A stretch of DNA of 64,000 nucleotides from an uncultured bacterium (GCA_963727255.1 CAVSFC010000001.1:14454-78453), one strand, 5' to 3'; shown: positions 9,707 through 20,249, numbered from the stretch's first letter. Translations and numbers: made by a program. The notes: a model not told the origin generated them from the letters alone.

Positions 9707-10701
9707 ACGTGAACTCGATCTAACAAATTTTAGCAATTGCTTTTCCAGTTGTCGCTATTTGAGGCTTTTTGTCGCGAAAAGAATAAGCTACAAGAGTAGA
9801 AACAACGTGCGTCATGAAGCCAAAAACACTTCTGTGACGAGAATGCTCTAATAACAAATCTTCTTTTAAAATTGCCCCAACTGACTCAATAGCTCCGCGT
9901 TTTTTTAGCCCTATTTTATCTTCAAGCGACATCAGCTTATTCTTCATATTCTTTCTTAACTTTGTAACGAGATGAACTCCTTTCAGATAAAGCTTTTCGA
10001 AGATTTCAGGCCTAACTATATAGCCCCTGTCCCCATATAATTTTCCAAATAGTTTTCGAGTAAGTTTATCAAGCACTTTTTCATTGTTATCAGAGATATT
10101 TCCCGGCGTAATGTAAAATGAAATTATTTCACCAACATGATTAATAATAATGTGCAATTTAAAGCCATAAAACCAACCTACGCTTGTTTTTCCTCTCTGT
10201 GCAATTCCCTTAAAAACTTTATGCGAATGTATCCTGCGTTGATGACTTACTTCAAGGCAAAAACTATCGATAAAAGATACTCCAGAGCATTTCACCAATT
10301 GCGCTTGTAGTTGAGCAAATATAGCCAATGGCATAGCAATATTTTTTCGAAGTTCTAAGAACCGATTATAGCTTACCAAGTTTGGAAATTCTGATTTTAA
10401 ATACACTAACACATATTTTTCGTAATAATCTTTGAAGGTTTTATATCCGGAAAAGTGAAAGTAGATCGTAATTGTCATGATTTCGCTAGGATTCATAATG
10501 AATGGACGATTTCGTAATTTCTTACCATCAGTTAGAAAGGTTTTTTGAAATTGTTGTAGAAATAACTTGCAAAAATCATCAGTTTCACAGAAAATTTTAA
10601 CTAGTAGCATTGCTACGTATCCTTTTTTTTGGGTTTTTGAGGTCCAATTAAAAGGATATTTTTTTTGTTAGAATTTTACGAATCTTAGATCGAGTTCACG
10701 T
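9707..10701 (-). mobile_element. IS982-family insertion sequence (995 bp)
   Basis: 17-bp perfect terminal inverted repeats ACGTGAACTCGATCTAA; 7-bp target duplication TAAATTA at 9700-9706 and 10702-10708. Confidence 0.93.
9720..10610 (-). CDS. IS982-family DDE transposase
   Basis: FIDS, GWFYGFKLH, GKLYGDRGY, KLRKNMK and IESV..LK motifs. Confidence 0.95.
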   Translation of the reverse strand: MLLVKIFCETDDFCKLFLQQFQKTFLTDGKKLRNRPFIMNPSEIMTITIYFHFSGYKTFKDYYEKYVLVYLKSEFPNLVSYNRFLELRKNIAMPLAIFAQLQAQLVKCSGVSFIDSFCLEVSHQRRIHSHKVFKGIAQRGKTSVGWFYGFKLHIIINHVGEIISFYITPGNISDNNEKVLDKLTRKLFGKLYGDRGYIVRPEIFEKLYLKGVHLVTKLRKNMKNKLMSLEDKIGLKKRGAIESVGAILKEDLLLEHSRHRSVFGFMTHVVSTLVAYSFRDKKPQIATTGKAIAKIC

Positions 10702-11180
10702 TAAATTAAATCGCTTTGATGATTTTTTTAATTATGGCGCATCAAGAAAAAAACCGGAAAAAGATCCTCTTTCTCCCGACAACCCCAAAAATTTTATCAA
10801 CATTTTACCACTAAAAAATATTCTCTCGTATTATGAAAGTGATAAAGAATGGGTAAAGATTTTTTTGATGACAAAGAACTGCGGCGGCACCTTACGCAAG
10901 CATATTTTTCTGTGCGCGATGACGCATCGCAATGAAGAACTTGTTAATCTTCTCTGGAACAACAACTATCGAAAAAAATTACTGTTATCTAAAATGTGGA
11001 AACGTCCCTTTATTCGCATGGCAAGCTGTGTTGCGTATAAGGCCGGCTATGCAGGAATTCACGCGGAGTTTAAACAAATGGAAGACAAAATAAAGGCGAA
11101 GATTAAGGCATCGCAAGTATGGTATCCGGGGTAGCACACTTGTCACTTGTCTGTGCCAAGCGATGATCCCTTATATTGTA

Positions 11181-11256
11181 ATTTTGACCATAGAATGCTA
11201 GTTTTATGTTATAATTTCGACCATGAACTTGCAAAAACAGGTTTGATTTTAACCAT
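11181..11256 (+). repeat. Three phased 11-bp direct repeats upstream of the ATPase gene
   Basis: ATTTTGACCAT (11181), ATTTCGACCAT (11214), ATTTTAACCAT (11246); 33/32-bp spacing. Confidence 0.6.
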
Positions 11257-11264
11257 GGATAGCT

Positions 11265-12620
11265 ATGAAACGTCTATATGACCATTATCTTTCATTATGG
11301 AAACATGATTCAATTCGCAAGCCACTTTTATTACGGGGTGCCCGTCAAGTGGGAAAGACCTATGCAGTTCGAAAATTGGGGCAAACATTTGAGAGGTTTA
11401 TAGAAATAAATCTGGAAGAAACTCCGCGGGCAAGAGAAATATTTGAAAAAGATTTAATAGTCGAAAGAATTATGCGCGATATTTCACTTCTTACCGGCCA
11501 AGATATCATTGCCGGAAAAACACTATTATTCATTGATGAAATTCAACTGGTCCCGCAGGCAGTTCTCGCACTCCGCTATTTTTATGAAAAAGTACCACAG
11601 TTACATGTAATAGCGGCAGGCTCTCTCTTGGATTTTGCTATTGCTCAAGTAGGAATACCGGTAGGGCGCGTTCAGCTCATGTATATGTATCCATTATCGT
11701 TTATTGAATTTTTAGCTGCAATGAAGGAACATCAAATTATTAAAGAGATCATGGTCCATGAGCTAGGCCGGGAATTAACCACTGTTATTCATGAAAAGAT
11801 ATTAGAATATGTGGCGCATTATCAGGTGATTGGAGGAATGCCTGCAACCGTAGAAAATTGGCAAAAAAATAAAAATCCTCACACGTGCCAACGGATCAGC
11901 TCTTCAATTTTGGAGACATATCGACATGATTTTGTAAAGTATGCAAAACGACATCAAATTAAATATCTAGAGCTTCTCTTTAAAGAAGTTCCGCGACAGT
12001 TAAGTCAAAAATTTAAATATAGTGATGTTGAAGGAGAGTATCGCAAGCGGGAACTTGCACCGGCACTGGATCTTTTGGAAACGGCGGGGCTTACTCATAA
12101 AGTGCATTATTCCGCGTGCCAAGGCTTTCCCTTTGGTGCCCAGACGAATCCGCAAGATTTCAAAGTTATATTTCTAGATATTGGGCTTGCAGAAACTATG
12201 CTATCGCTTAATCTTCAAGATTGGTTCCTTGATCCACTTGGAACACTTGTTAATAAAGGAGCCATTGTAGAAGCATTTGTTGGGCAAGAAATGCTCGTAT
12301 ATGCTGATCCATTTATTACTACTGAGCTTTTTTATTGGCACCGCGAATCTCCTTCTAGCCAGGCAGAGATCGATTATGTAATTCAACAAAAAGATGCTAT
12401 TATTCCAATTGAGGTAAAAGGTGGTAGCGGAAAAACGCTCAAAAGTATGCATCTTTTTCTTGAGAGCCATAAACAATCTCCGTATGGCATTCGTTTTTCT
12501 ACAAATAATTATTCATTGTTCGAAAAACTCCATTCTTATCCTTTGTATGCGATCGCAAAAGTTATCGGCACTAATAACTTTGAACTTTTGCGAGCAATTA
12601 ATTCGTTAGTAGACAAGTAA
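11265..12620 (+). CDS. AAA_14 ATPase with DUF4143 / C-terminal PD-(D/E)XK-like domain
   Basis: GARQVGKT, LFIDEIQ, AAGS, GGMP, and EIDYV...IPIEVKG. Confidence 0.9.
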   Translation: MKRLYDHYLSLWKHDSIRKPLLLRGARQVGKTYAVRKLGQTFERFIEINLEETPRAREIFEKDLIVERIMRDISLLTGQDIIAGKTLLFIDEIQLVPQAVLALRYFYEKVPQLHVIAAGSLLDFAIAQVGIPVGRVQLMYMYPLSFIEFLAAMKEHQIIKEIMVHELGRELTTVIHEKILEYVAHYQVIGGMPATVENWQKNKNPHTCQRISSSILETYRHDFVKYAKRHQIKYLELLFKEVPRQLSQKFKYSDVEGEYRKRELAPALDLLETAGLTHKVHYSACQGFPFGAQTNPQDFKVIFLDIGLAETMLSLNLQDWFLDPLGTLVNKGAIVEAFVGQEMLVYADPFITTELFYWHRESPSSQAEIDYVIQQKDAIIPIEVKGGSGKTLKSMHLFLESHKQSPYGIRFSTNNYSLFEKLHSYPLYAIAKVIGTNNFELLRAINSLVDK

Positions 12621-12711
12621 ATTATTCGCGGTTGCATATTAGCTATTCTTCTTTTTTGAATTTGCAGCTATACTACGTGCTAATGTTTTTGCATCGCAAC
12701 AAGGTGAATCA

Positions 12712-15700
12712 ATGTTGAAAAAATCTGTTTTTGCATCTTTGTCTTATCTCTCTTTTTTAATATTTCATAACGCCTTTACGATGGAGCAAGATCGGCATAG
12801 CTATCACTTGAGTATAAAAAAAATTCAAAACTCTCCGGATCAACTTACCATAAAAATAAGTAAGAATGCTCAGAAATGCTCATTGGTTGCAAACTTTGCA
12901 GCGCATACCTGCGATAACGAACAGAATTTATTTGCGCCTTTCAAAACCGCAGCCGGATTAAAAACTGCCACATTTGGGGATGCAGCAAATCCAGACTCTT
13001 TTTTGTGGAACATTCCTGAGTTTGGATTACTCAAATTGCAGCGGGATGGATCGATGTTTTTTGGCCATGGGCCCAATGATGTGCCATTGGCGCATGATGA
13101 ACTCACCTTTAACACGCCCGGCACATTATTTATAGAATCATTAAAAGTTGCTGCCTTAAAAATCAAATCAGAAAAAGCGCAACTCTGCCAAGCGGTAGTC
13201 GCCGATCGCGTGCATGCTGATCATGCGGTTCAAAACAGTGGCTGCTTAAAAACAAAACAGTTGGAAGGCCCAGGGGAATTTTTGAATGAAGCATTATTGG
13301 AATTTGAAGGTACACAACAAAAGCCGGCAATCTTAGGTATTAAAAAATTTCAAAATAAAAACAAACTCCCCCTGCTTGCGGCAAAGACACAATCTTCTTT
13401 TTTGCGTATAACGGGTGATAATCAATGCTTTAGTAATGGCGAGGGCGCTCTTTTTGAGGTGTCCGATGCACTCTGGGTTGAAGGATTGCAGCCGGGCATC
13501 GCATCATTATTTTGCAATAAAGGATCGCTCACCGCCGGCCAGTTTAATCTATGCCGCCAAGCAGCCAATGAAGGATTTTTGCAAGCGCGTACCATGAAGG
13601 TAAACGGAAAACCGCTTGATAATAAAGAATTTGGCCAGGTTAAAATTTTGGAAGGTATTTCTGTTGATAAGACTGCAATCAGAAATGCGGGGGAGCTTAC
13701 CACACAAGGTAATGTTAATCTTACCTCTGCACAGGTGGAAAATAAGGGCACCATGATCTGCAGGCAAGGAAATCTTTCTTACACCGATGCAAAATTGGAC
13801 AATGCAGGCAACGTGTTAATGGATGGTGTTAAATCTTCAGATATTCTCGATGTTACCAATTCAGGAATGCTGGCCCTCAAAGATAGTGCTTTGAATTTCG
13901 GAGAGTTAAAAAATGAGAAAGACCTTGTCTTGCATAGCGGCGTTTATACGGTTAATTTCTTGACCCGCAATAAACGATTACAATTGCTTGATCAAGATTG
14001 GGCGATTACTGATGACCCAAAAAATCAAGCTCCCCATAGATTGCTCTGTGTGAATTTCCCCGCAAAAAAATCGTGGCCAGCCAGCTTTGCCCAAGAAATT
14101 GAATGTCAACGTAATTTACTGTATGACGTTGAAGTGAGCCCCGGCACTGTGCGCAGTCAAGCAGATGTCTGTTTATCAAGTACATATCTTCGGGATATAA
14201 ACCAACTCAGGGCATTGCAAACTCCCGGTAAAGTTACCGCGTGGTGTAAACCCGTCAATTTAATCCGAGAACCAGAAACTGCTGAATCAGAAGAGCGTGG
14301 CCTTTGGGGATTTTCTTCTTCTACTGTCAAAGAATTTGTATCTCATTATCATTTTTCAAATATTGGTCATTTAGCTTTAAATGTCTTAGGACCATTCACT
14401 ACGCATTATTCGCTCAGGGCTCCGACCCTTTCCATGCATGTGCATGGTCCACTTACTTTAGGTAAAGATAATGAACATTTAGGCACTCTCGCTGCTACGC
14501 ATGGCCCTTTAACCGTTAGCGCTCACAGCATTGATGGTCAGTTCGGGAAGTTCTACGGCAACGGGAAAACCTTCCTTTCATCATACAAAGAAGATATTAT
14601 CATCGGGGCGCCAACGCGCGGCATTGATGAAAATATTAAGCAGCAATTTATAAGTGCATATCCCCGGCCTGGAGGTATTTGGAATAATATTGTTGATAAT
14701 TTTCTTGCTTCTTTCGATTATACCCTCAATCAAACAAACGGCGCATACGCAGCTTCTGATAATCATCTTACATTGCGATCAGCAAAAAACATATCGGTGA
14801 AATATGGAACCGTGATCAGTGCTCTGGGCAATCATTTGATTGCTCGAAATGAAGTTCAAAATCTTTCGGGTAAAATTTCTTCGCAAGGAGGAACCACACT
14901 TGAAGCTGATAACTATAACCATACGCGTGAGGGTGCAGCAACCAAATCATGGACAAGCCAACATGATTATTATCAATATCCCGGATCGGGGCCTGCAGTT
15001 CTTGAATCATTAAAAAGAATTAATTTCTTGGTCAAAAAAGTGAACAATCGCGCCGGTTCTATTCGCTGTGGTGAAGATATTGGCGTAAATGGATCTAAAA
15101 CATTGGCTCAAGCCACGGAATATGTTGAAGAGCCGCAGCATTTTTATCACTATTATTTCAATCATCATGGACGGGGATGTGATTGGGGAGCGAAACAGCA
15201 TCCAATATTTTCGCAATCATGCACCACCCAAGCAGGCGATACGATTACCATGAATCTTGGCAACTTTGTAATTACCGGCACTATGAATGCTGCCGGAAAA
15301 CTTTCTATTCAAGCAGATACCGGATTATTTACTAATAATAACAGTTCCCGTCAAACACAGATTCCTACGCAACCGGTGGTTGTTGATGTCACGCAGTATA
15401 TGCAAGAGCACGCGCGAAAACCGGGCATGTATCGCCTTGGCAATAACAACGCCGTCGAAACAGAGTTCCCACTTGGCGCTGCATCTGCTCCGCAAGACGG
15501 GGATCGGGTATTGCTTGAAAATCCCGGCCGCGCTGCGCCATTAGCATGGAGAGATATTTTTAATCCATTGAACTCAGTCAATCTTGATTTGCATTTGCAG
15601 CAATTATTGGCAAATCTTGCGGGTAAAGTATACGCAGGAAAAGCAAAAGGTAATAATCTTGCAACTATGCTGTGGGCCAATGCCAATAAATGGCGCCAAC

Positions 15701-18492
15701 AGCATGGTAAAGATGTGATGTCACCCGCAGAAATGAAAAGCCTCAACACCTCTATGCTCCTGTGCCAGATTTTGAATAATGGTTTATCTGAACAACAACA
15801 AACATTACTCTGTATTGCGCCCGCCGATATTAACCCCTATCAAGATCGGGGAGATATCGTTGCTGATGCGGTTGAATGTATCACCGAAGGTGATCAAACG
15901 CATTTGAATAATCGTATTGTTGCGCAGGGCCCCGATGGCATCACGCTCACATCAAAAGCAGGCAGTGTACATTTAGAAACTCAAAAGTATACCACGGTCA
16001 CTGAAACGCATGCGGGCACCATCACCCAGCAGCATGCAATGCCTCAACAACAATTGATCGCACAATCGGGCCCGGTAAGCGTGACCGCCCACAAGGATAT
16101 TTCTCGCACCGGCACCCTGATAGTGGCAGCAGGCGATGTTGATGAACATGCCCAAACCGGTTCAGTTATTAAAAATCCCTTGGTACTACAAACAACCGTT
16201 GAAACGCGCCACGAAGAGCGCGGATTATTTTCAACCACCGAATCAACGCAAACAACGGTAACGCATCACGTGGTGCCTTCGACAACAATCTCAGGAGCCA
16301 AACTTCATGATAAAGCAGCAGTTGCAATCAACGCCGTTGCACCACAAGATTCTGCTGCACAAAAGATCATCTATGAATCGCCAAACACCATTATCGAGGG
16401 CTTGATTCTGGCCAATCGCACCACCAGTCAATCCCAAACCAGTAGTGGCTTCTCAGAACAATCCAGTTTTGAAAGTAAAGAAACGCCCTCTGCTACCCCG
16501 GCCAACATAGAAGCCAAGGTAGTAGAGTTTGCGGGAAAAAATGCCCGCGTAAATGCAAATATTATTGCGCAAGAACTTCGGGATGAAACAGAGCATGGCG
16601 CGCAATTTGTTGCCAAAGTTGCCCAAATGCTCTGCTCGGGCCAATCATTAGCTGCGAGCCCCTTCATGAGTGCAGATGCCGGTTATACTGCCGGGTATGA
16701 AACGATGATTCCCCCAATGCTTATGGTAGAAAAGATTGTGCGGACCAAAGATGCGGGCCACATGGTTTTTGAATCGGCAATCATCGATAAAAATCGCACT
16801 GAAATTATTGGCAAGTTCGTAGAAACCACCTACCATCTCAAGCAATGGCAAACCAGTTGGAATCATAGATCGCAATTGATTCCCGATGAAGCATTGATCG
16901 TTGTTGCATTGGCAGTCACCTTAGCAACACAAGGCGCCGGCGTTGAACTTTTATCGCCGTTGCTCACCAATATTACTGCCGCAACCGGCATGCAATTAAG
17001 CGCGGCAGGCATCGCGATGGTAAATGCGGGCGTTTCAACGATCTGCAGTAGTGGTGCAACTTCATTCTTGAGAAGCGGCGATCCGATTAATACGGTTGCT
17101 CAACTTGCATCGCCCGAGCAACTCAAATCAATAGCATTCAGTATGGCATCAGCAGGATTATGTTCACAACTGGGTGATATACTGAATGTGAATATGAAAT
17201 CTGAACTGAAATCATTGGCCAGCCATGTCAAAGAACAGGCACTGCGCGGTACGGTGGACGCATTGCTCAATGTTGCAATACATGATGCGCCCATTGATAA
17301 AGCACTGGGCGATGCCTGCAAGCAGATTCCATTAAAAGCAGCTGCTGCGTACGCGGCAAATAAAATTTGTATCGCATATATGGATACTATTTCTCAAAAA
17401 GCAGCACAAACACTCGTGGGGGGCTTGAGTGGTTTTGCGATGCAAAATTCTTCAAAAGGTTTTGTTGCGGGCGCTACGGGCGCATTGACGGCAGAGCTTA
17501 TCGGCGATTATTTGGTAGCCGATGCACAAGAAATTGCTATCATTGCTGTTGGCAGGCTCAAGGCCGCAGGAAAACCGCTGAGCATAGAAAATGTGCAACA
17601 AGCAATTCAAGAAGAAGTGTGCTACAAAATGAATTGTACTAAAATTGTAGCAAGCGGTCTTGCGGCGCTCACCCGGCAAAATCAATCGATCGCGCTTGCA
17701 ACCGTAACAAATGCCCTTGAAAATGATGTTGCCATTCGCGGTTCACTCTATGCAATGGCAGAGTTCCAAAGAATGGTAGAAGGAGCAAGCCAGGCAATAG
17801 CTCATTGTGCAGTGCCTGATGAAGTACTGCAGTCACAACTGGCTGAATCCATTCTTGCCGATCGCAAGAATGAGCAAGCAGAATCTGATGAAGACGACCA
17901 AGACGCAGAAAGAAAACCTTTTGTGAAAAATTCAAAAGCCGGCATATGGCATAAAGCTTGTATTTCAGGAGATGTGATATTACAAGAAGGACCCGACAAA
18001 AAAGTGTATCTCCGGATGCGTGAATTCTGGCACAAAGATCCGAAATGCCCATTTAATGTGATGAGTCATGGAAATCCTCATGGGGTTAGCGTAGAGAACA
18101 AAGAAATCCATGAGGATGCCCTCAATGAAAGAAATTCAGATACATTAAAACTTGAAGGAGAAGTCCATTTGAACGCAGCTGATCTTGAGCAACTCATTCG
18201 GACAGCGCCCGGCTATAAAGAGGGGCAACATATTCATTTATTTGGGTGCGGATGTGGGGGCCATCAAGAGGGAATAGCTCAGCAATTAGCCGATGCGATG
18301 AAAGTGCCGGTGTCTGCTTTCACCAAAACAGCGTGGTCTTTTGCTATTCCTTATGTTTGCGGCACATTTGGTTGCGTGGAATTTGAAAATTTGCTGCCTG
18401 AATGGGGCAAGATTAAAACTTTTTACCCACGAGATCAACAACAACCAAAACCTCTCGGGCCTCTTGATCGAATAGATATGCACATGCCGTAG
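12712..18492 (+). CDS. Large CdiA/filamentous-haemagglutinin-like polymorphic toxin with DUF637-like region and cysteine-peptidase-like C-terminus
   Basis: 1926 aa; NxG beta-helix repeats; GDPINTVAQLASPEQLKSIA (DUF637-like); NALEND (VENN-like); SHGNP..LFGCGCG..IAQQLAD..VPVSA. Confidence 0.75.
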   Translation: MLKKSVFASLSYLSFLIFHNAFTMEQDRHSYHLSIKKIQNSPDQLTIKISKNAQKCSLVANFAAHTCDNEQNLFAPFKTAAGLKTATFGDAANPDSFLWNIPEFGLLKLQRDGSMFFGHGPNDVPLAHDELTFNTPGTLFIESLKVAALKIKSEKAQLCQAVVADRVHADHAVQNSGCLKTKQLEGPGEFLNEALLEFEGTQQKPAILGIKKFQNKNKLPLLAAKTQSSFLRITGDNQCFSNGEGALFEVSDALWVEGLQPGIASLFCNKGSLTAGQFNLCRQAANEGFLQARTMKVNGKPLDNKEFGQVKILEGISVDKTAIRNAGELTTQGNVNLTSAQVENKGTMICRQGNLSYTDAKLDNAGNVLMDGVKSSDILDVTNSGMLALKDSALNFGELKNEKDLVLHSGVYTVNFLTRNKRLQLLDQDWAITDDPKNQAPHRLLCVNFPAKKSWPASFAQEIECQRNLLYDVEVSPGTVRSQADVCLSSTYLRDINQLRALQTPGKVTAWCKPVNLIREPETAESEERGLWGFSSSTVKEFVSHYHFSNIGHLALNVLGPFTTHYSLRAPTLSMHVHGPLTLGKDNEHLGTLAATHGPLTVSAHSIDGQFGKFYGNGKTFLSSYKEDIIIGAPTRGIDENIKQQFISAYPRPGGIWNNIVDNFLASFDYTLNQTNGAYAASDNHLTLRSAKNISVKYGTVISALGNHLIARNEVQNLSGKISSQGGTTLEADNYNHTREGAATKSWTSQHDYYQYPGSGPAVLESLKRINFLVKKVNNRAGSIRCGEDIGVNGSKTLAQATEYVEEPQHFYHYYFNHHGRGCDWGAKQHPIFSQSCTTQAGDTITMNLGNFVITGTMNAAGKLSIQADTGLFTNNNSSRQTQIPTQPVVVDVTQYMQEHARKPGMYRLGNNNAVETEFPLGAASAPQDGDRVLLENPGRAAPLAWRDIFNPLNSVNLDLHLQQLLANLAGKVYAGKAKGNNLATMLWANANKWRQQHGKDVMSPAEMKSLNTSMLLCQILNNGLSEQQQTLLCIAPADINPYQDRGDIVADAVECITEGDQTHLNNRIVAQGPDGITLTSKAGSVHLETQKYTTVTETHAGTITQQHAMPQQQLIAQSGPVSVTAHKDISRTGTLIVAAGDVDEHAQTGSVIKNPLVLQTTVETRHEERGLFSTTESTQTTVTHHVVPSTTISGAKLHDKAAVAINAVAPQDSAAQKIIYESPNTIIEGLILANRTTSQSQTSSGFSEQSSFESKETPSATPANIEAKVVEFAGKNARVNANIIAQELRDETEHGAQFVAKVAQMLCSGQSLAASPFMSADAGYTAGYETMIPPMLMVEKIVRTKDAGHMVFESAIIDKNRTEIIGKFVETTYHLKQWQTSWNHRSQLIPDEALIVVALAVTLATQGAGVELLSPLLTNITAATGMQLSAAGIAMVNAGVSTICSSGATSFLRSGDPINTVAQLASPEQLKSIAFSMASAGLCSQLGDILNVNMKSELKSLASHVKEQALRGTVDALLNVAIHDAPIDKALGDACKQIPLKAAAAYAANKICIAYMDTISQKAAQTLVGGLSGFAMQNSSKGFVAGATGALTAELIGDYLVADAQEIAIIAVGRLKAAGKPLSIENVQQAIQEEVCYKMNCTKIVASGLAALTRQNQSIALATVTNALENDVAIRGSLYAMAEFQRMVEGASQAIAHCAVPDEVLQSQLAESILADRKNEQAESDEDDQDAERKPFVKNSKAGIWHKACISGDVILQEGPDKKVYLRMREFWHKDPKCPFNVMSHGNPHGVSVENKEIHEDALNERNSDTLKLEGEVHLNAADLEQLIRTAPGYKEGQHIHLFGCGCGGHQEGIAQQLADAMKVPVSAFTKTAWSFAIPYVCGTFGCVEFENLLPEWGKIKTFYPRDQQQPKPLGPLDRIDMHMP

Positions 18493-18505
18493 AAAAGGTA
18501 CTTGT

Positions 18506-19282
18506 TTACTCTTTTTTAACCGGCAACTTGGTTAAGTTAATGGGAATTACGATAATATCCCGTTTGGCTTTTTCGAGTTTCGGAATTACTTGCGTTGCTG
18601 CGTGACTATTGAGTTGATTGTTAAAGATAATCCCTTGATTATATCGAGGGATTATTTCTTGAACATCCGCATCATCATATTTGTCTTCAGGCAAGCCTGA
18701 TCGTATTTTAAATTTGCCGCCATGCCAGCCATGTTCAGGATCATCTTGTTCGCTGAGCATTAATACCAGCGAATAGTGTGCCTGTGGATCATAATCTTCA
18801 CCCGGATCTTGATGCCAATTCATCGCTTCACTTGAGCTACAGCGTTGAAAAAATACTTGTGCATAGATTTCTTCCGGTAGTTTAGTCCAAGTCTTCACCG
18901 TTTCAAACATTTTTGGCAAAATTTCATCTGAAACAATCGATTGTAGAACAGGATAATGAAGAATAGATTGCGGAGACTGAGCCATCAGTGTTTCTCGCAC
19001 TTGTGTCACTTTTGTGGTCTTAAATTCTTTAACGATGTTCGCTTTTCTTCCCGTTTTTACTAAAACATCAGACCATACCAACCCGGTTCGCTTAGAATAA
19101 TCTTCATATCCTAATCGCTTGTTTTCAATCTCATCCATAATCGCTTTGATTGTTGCAATAGTTTTGGTATCTGAAAAAAATGATCTAACAATAGCTAATT
19201 CTTTGATGTCAGCTTTTTGCATTGCGTTATTTGTTGATGCTACGCTAAGAAGTAAAATCGCCAAAATACGATATTTATTCAT
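18506..19282 (-). CDS. Secreted 2OG-Fe(II) oxygenase superfamily protein
   Basis: Signal NNA-MQ; WHQD, GGKF, IIFNN..SHA and distal R. Confidence 0.8.
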   Translation of the reverse strand: MNKYRILAILLLSVASTNNAMQKADIKELAIVRSFFSDTKTIATIKAIMDEIENKRLGYEDYSKRTGLVWSDVLVKTGRKANIVKEFKTTKVTQVRETLMAQSPQSILHYPVLQSIVSDEILPKMFETVKTWTKLPEEIYAQVFFQRCSSSEAMNWHQDPGEDYDPQAHYSLVLMLSEQDDPEHGWHGGKFKIRSGLPEDKYDDADVQEIIPRYNQGIIFNNQLNSHAATQVIPKLEKAKRDIIVIPINLTKLPVKKE

Positions 19283-19305
19283 GTTAGACCCTTTCTTTTA
19301 TCTCA

Positions 19306-20145
19306 TCAAAAACCGCCGCCCGGACGTGCGCTTAATGCATTATAAAGATCTTCAGGCAGCCACGCTAATAATTCAGCCACTTTTTGCCACCGTTTGCAAA
19401 TATACGCAACGGAAGTTTTATTTTTTATTGCTTCCATAATTTCTCTCACCGCATCCGGCAATGATTCAACCCAATAGGCATGGGGCAATTTTGATGGATC
19501 ATAATCACCTCGGCTATTCACCCAACCCGGGCAAATATCGGTCACATAAATCGGTATATTTTTTTGCATATATTTATTTCTTTCAGCTTCTAAATAGCGC
19601 GAGCAAAATGCCTTGGCGGCAGAATATGCCTGATTGCCGGCTACTCCGCGCAATCCATCAACTGATGAAAAGCCAACTAAATGGCCATGACCTTGCTGTT
19701 CAAAAAAATTTAATCCGGTACGCGCCAGTGCAAAAAATCCGACAACATCAACTTCTAATACCGGCAATGATTTTTTCCAATCAGCGCTTTCAAAATCACA
19801 ATCAAAAAAACCGGTAACGGCGATCACCAAAAGATCAAGCCCGCCCATTTCTTTGATCATTGTTTCTAATTTTTCTACCGCTTCAACCGGTTTTGATGCA
19901 TCCATTTGCATAACATAAGTTGGCGTATAAATCTCTTTTTGTATCTGCTCTAAAAGTCCGATTCTGCGAGCAGACATTCCCACAATATAGCCATCAGCTG
20001 CAAGCATTTTTGAAACCTCTTTTCCCATGCCGACCGAAGCGCCGATAACAATCGCACGCTTTTGCTGTCTGCTTTCCGCCCGAGCCGGCTCAGCAATTAG
20101 ATACGTATTAAAGATAATAGATACCAGTAATAATAATGCGATCAT
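19306..20145 (-). CDS. SDR family oxidoreductase with N-terminal signal
   Basis: IGASVGMG, YSAAK and CPGWV motifs. Confidence 0.9.
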   Translation of the reverse strand: MIALLLLVSIIFNTYLIAEPARAESRQQKRAIVIGASVGMGKEVSKMLAADGYIVGMSARRIGLLEQIQKEIYTPTYVMQMDASKPVEAVEKLETMIKEMGGLDLLVIAVTGFFDCDFESADWKKSLPVLEVDVVGFFALARTGLNFFEQQGHGHLVGFSSVDGLRGVAGNQAYSAAKAFCSRYLEAERNKYMQKNIPIYVTDICPGWVNSRGDYDPSKLPHAYWVESLPDAVREIMEAIKNKTSVAYICKRWQKVAELLAWLPEDLYNALSARPGGGF

Positions 20146-20172
20146 ACTTTTCTCCCCTCTATTTCGTAAATA

Positions 20173-20214
20173 ATCCCTAATTATTTTTTAGTGTGAATAA
20201 AAATAATTAGGGAT
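20173..20214. terminator. 16-bp perfect inverted repeat (terminator or operator)
   Basis: ATCCCTAATTATTTTT-10 nt-AAAAATAATTAGGGAT between the racemase stop and the SDR start. Confidence 0.55.
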
Positions 20215-20249
20215 AACAAGAGTTTTGTATGATCACTAGTTATTGAAAT

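Larger units (their letters stand above)
9371..11134 (+). pseudogene. F-box-like secreted protein gene interrupted by IS982
   Basis: Removing the IS and one target copy joins 9371..9706 to 10709..11134 in frame (about 253 aa); signal peptide then LQLLPKDLWHE. Confidence 0.8.

Noticed and set aside
10865..11134. Stand-alone 89-aa gene
   Set aside because: It is the distal part of the IS-interrupted gene.
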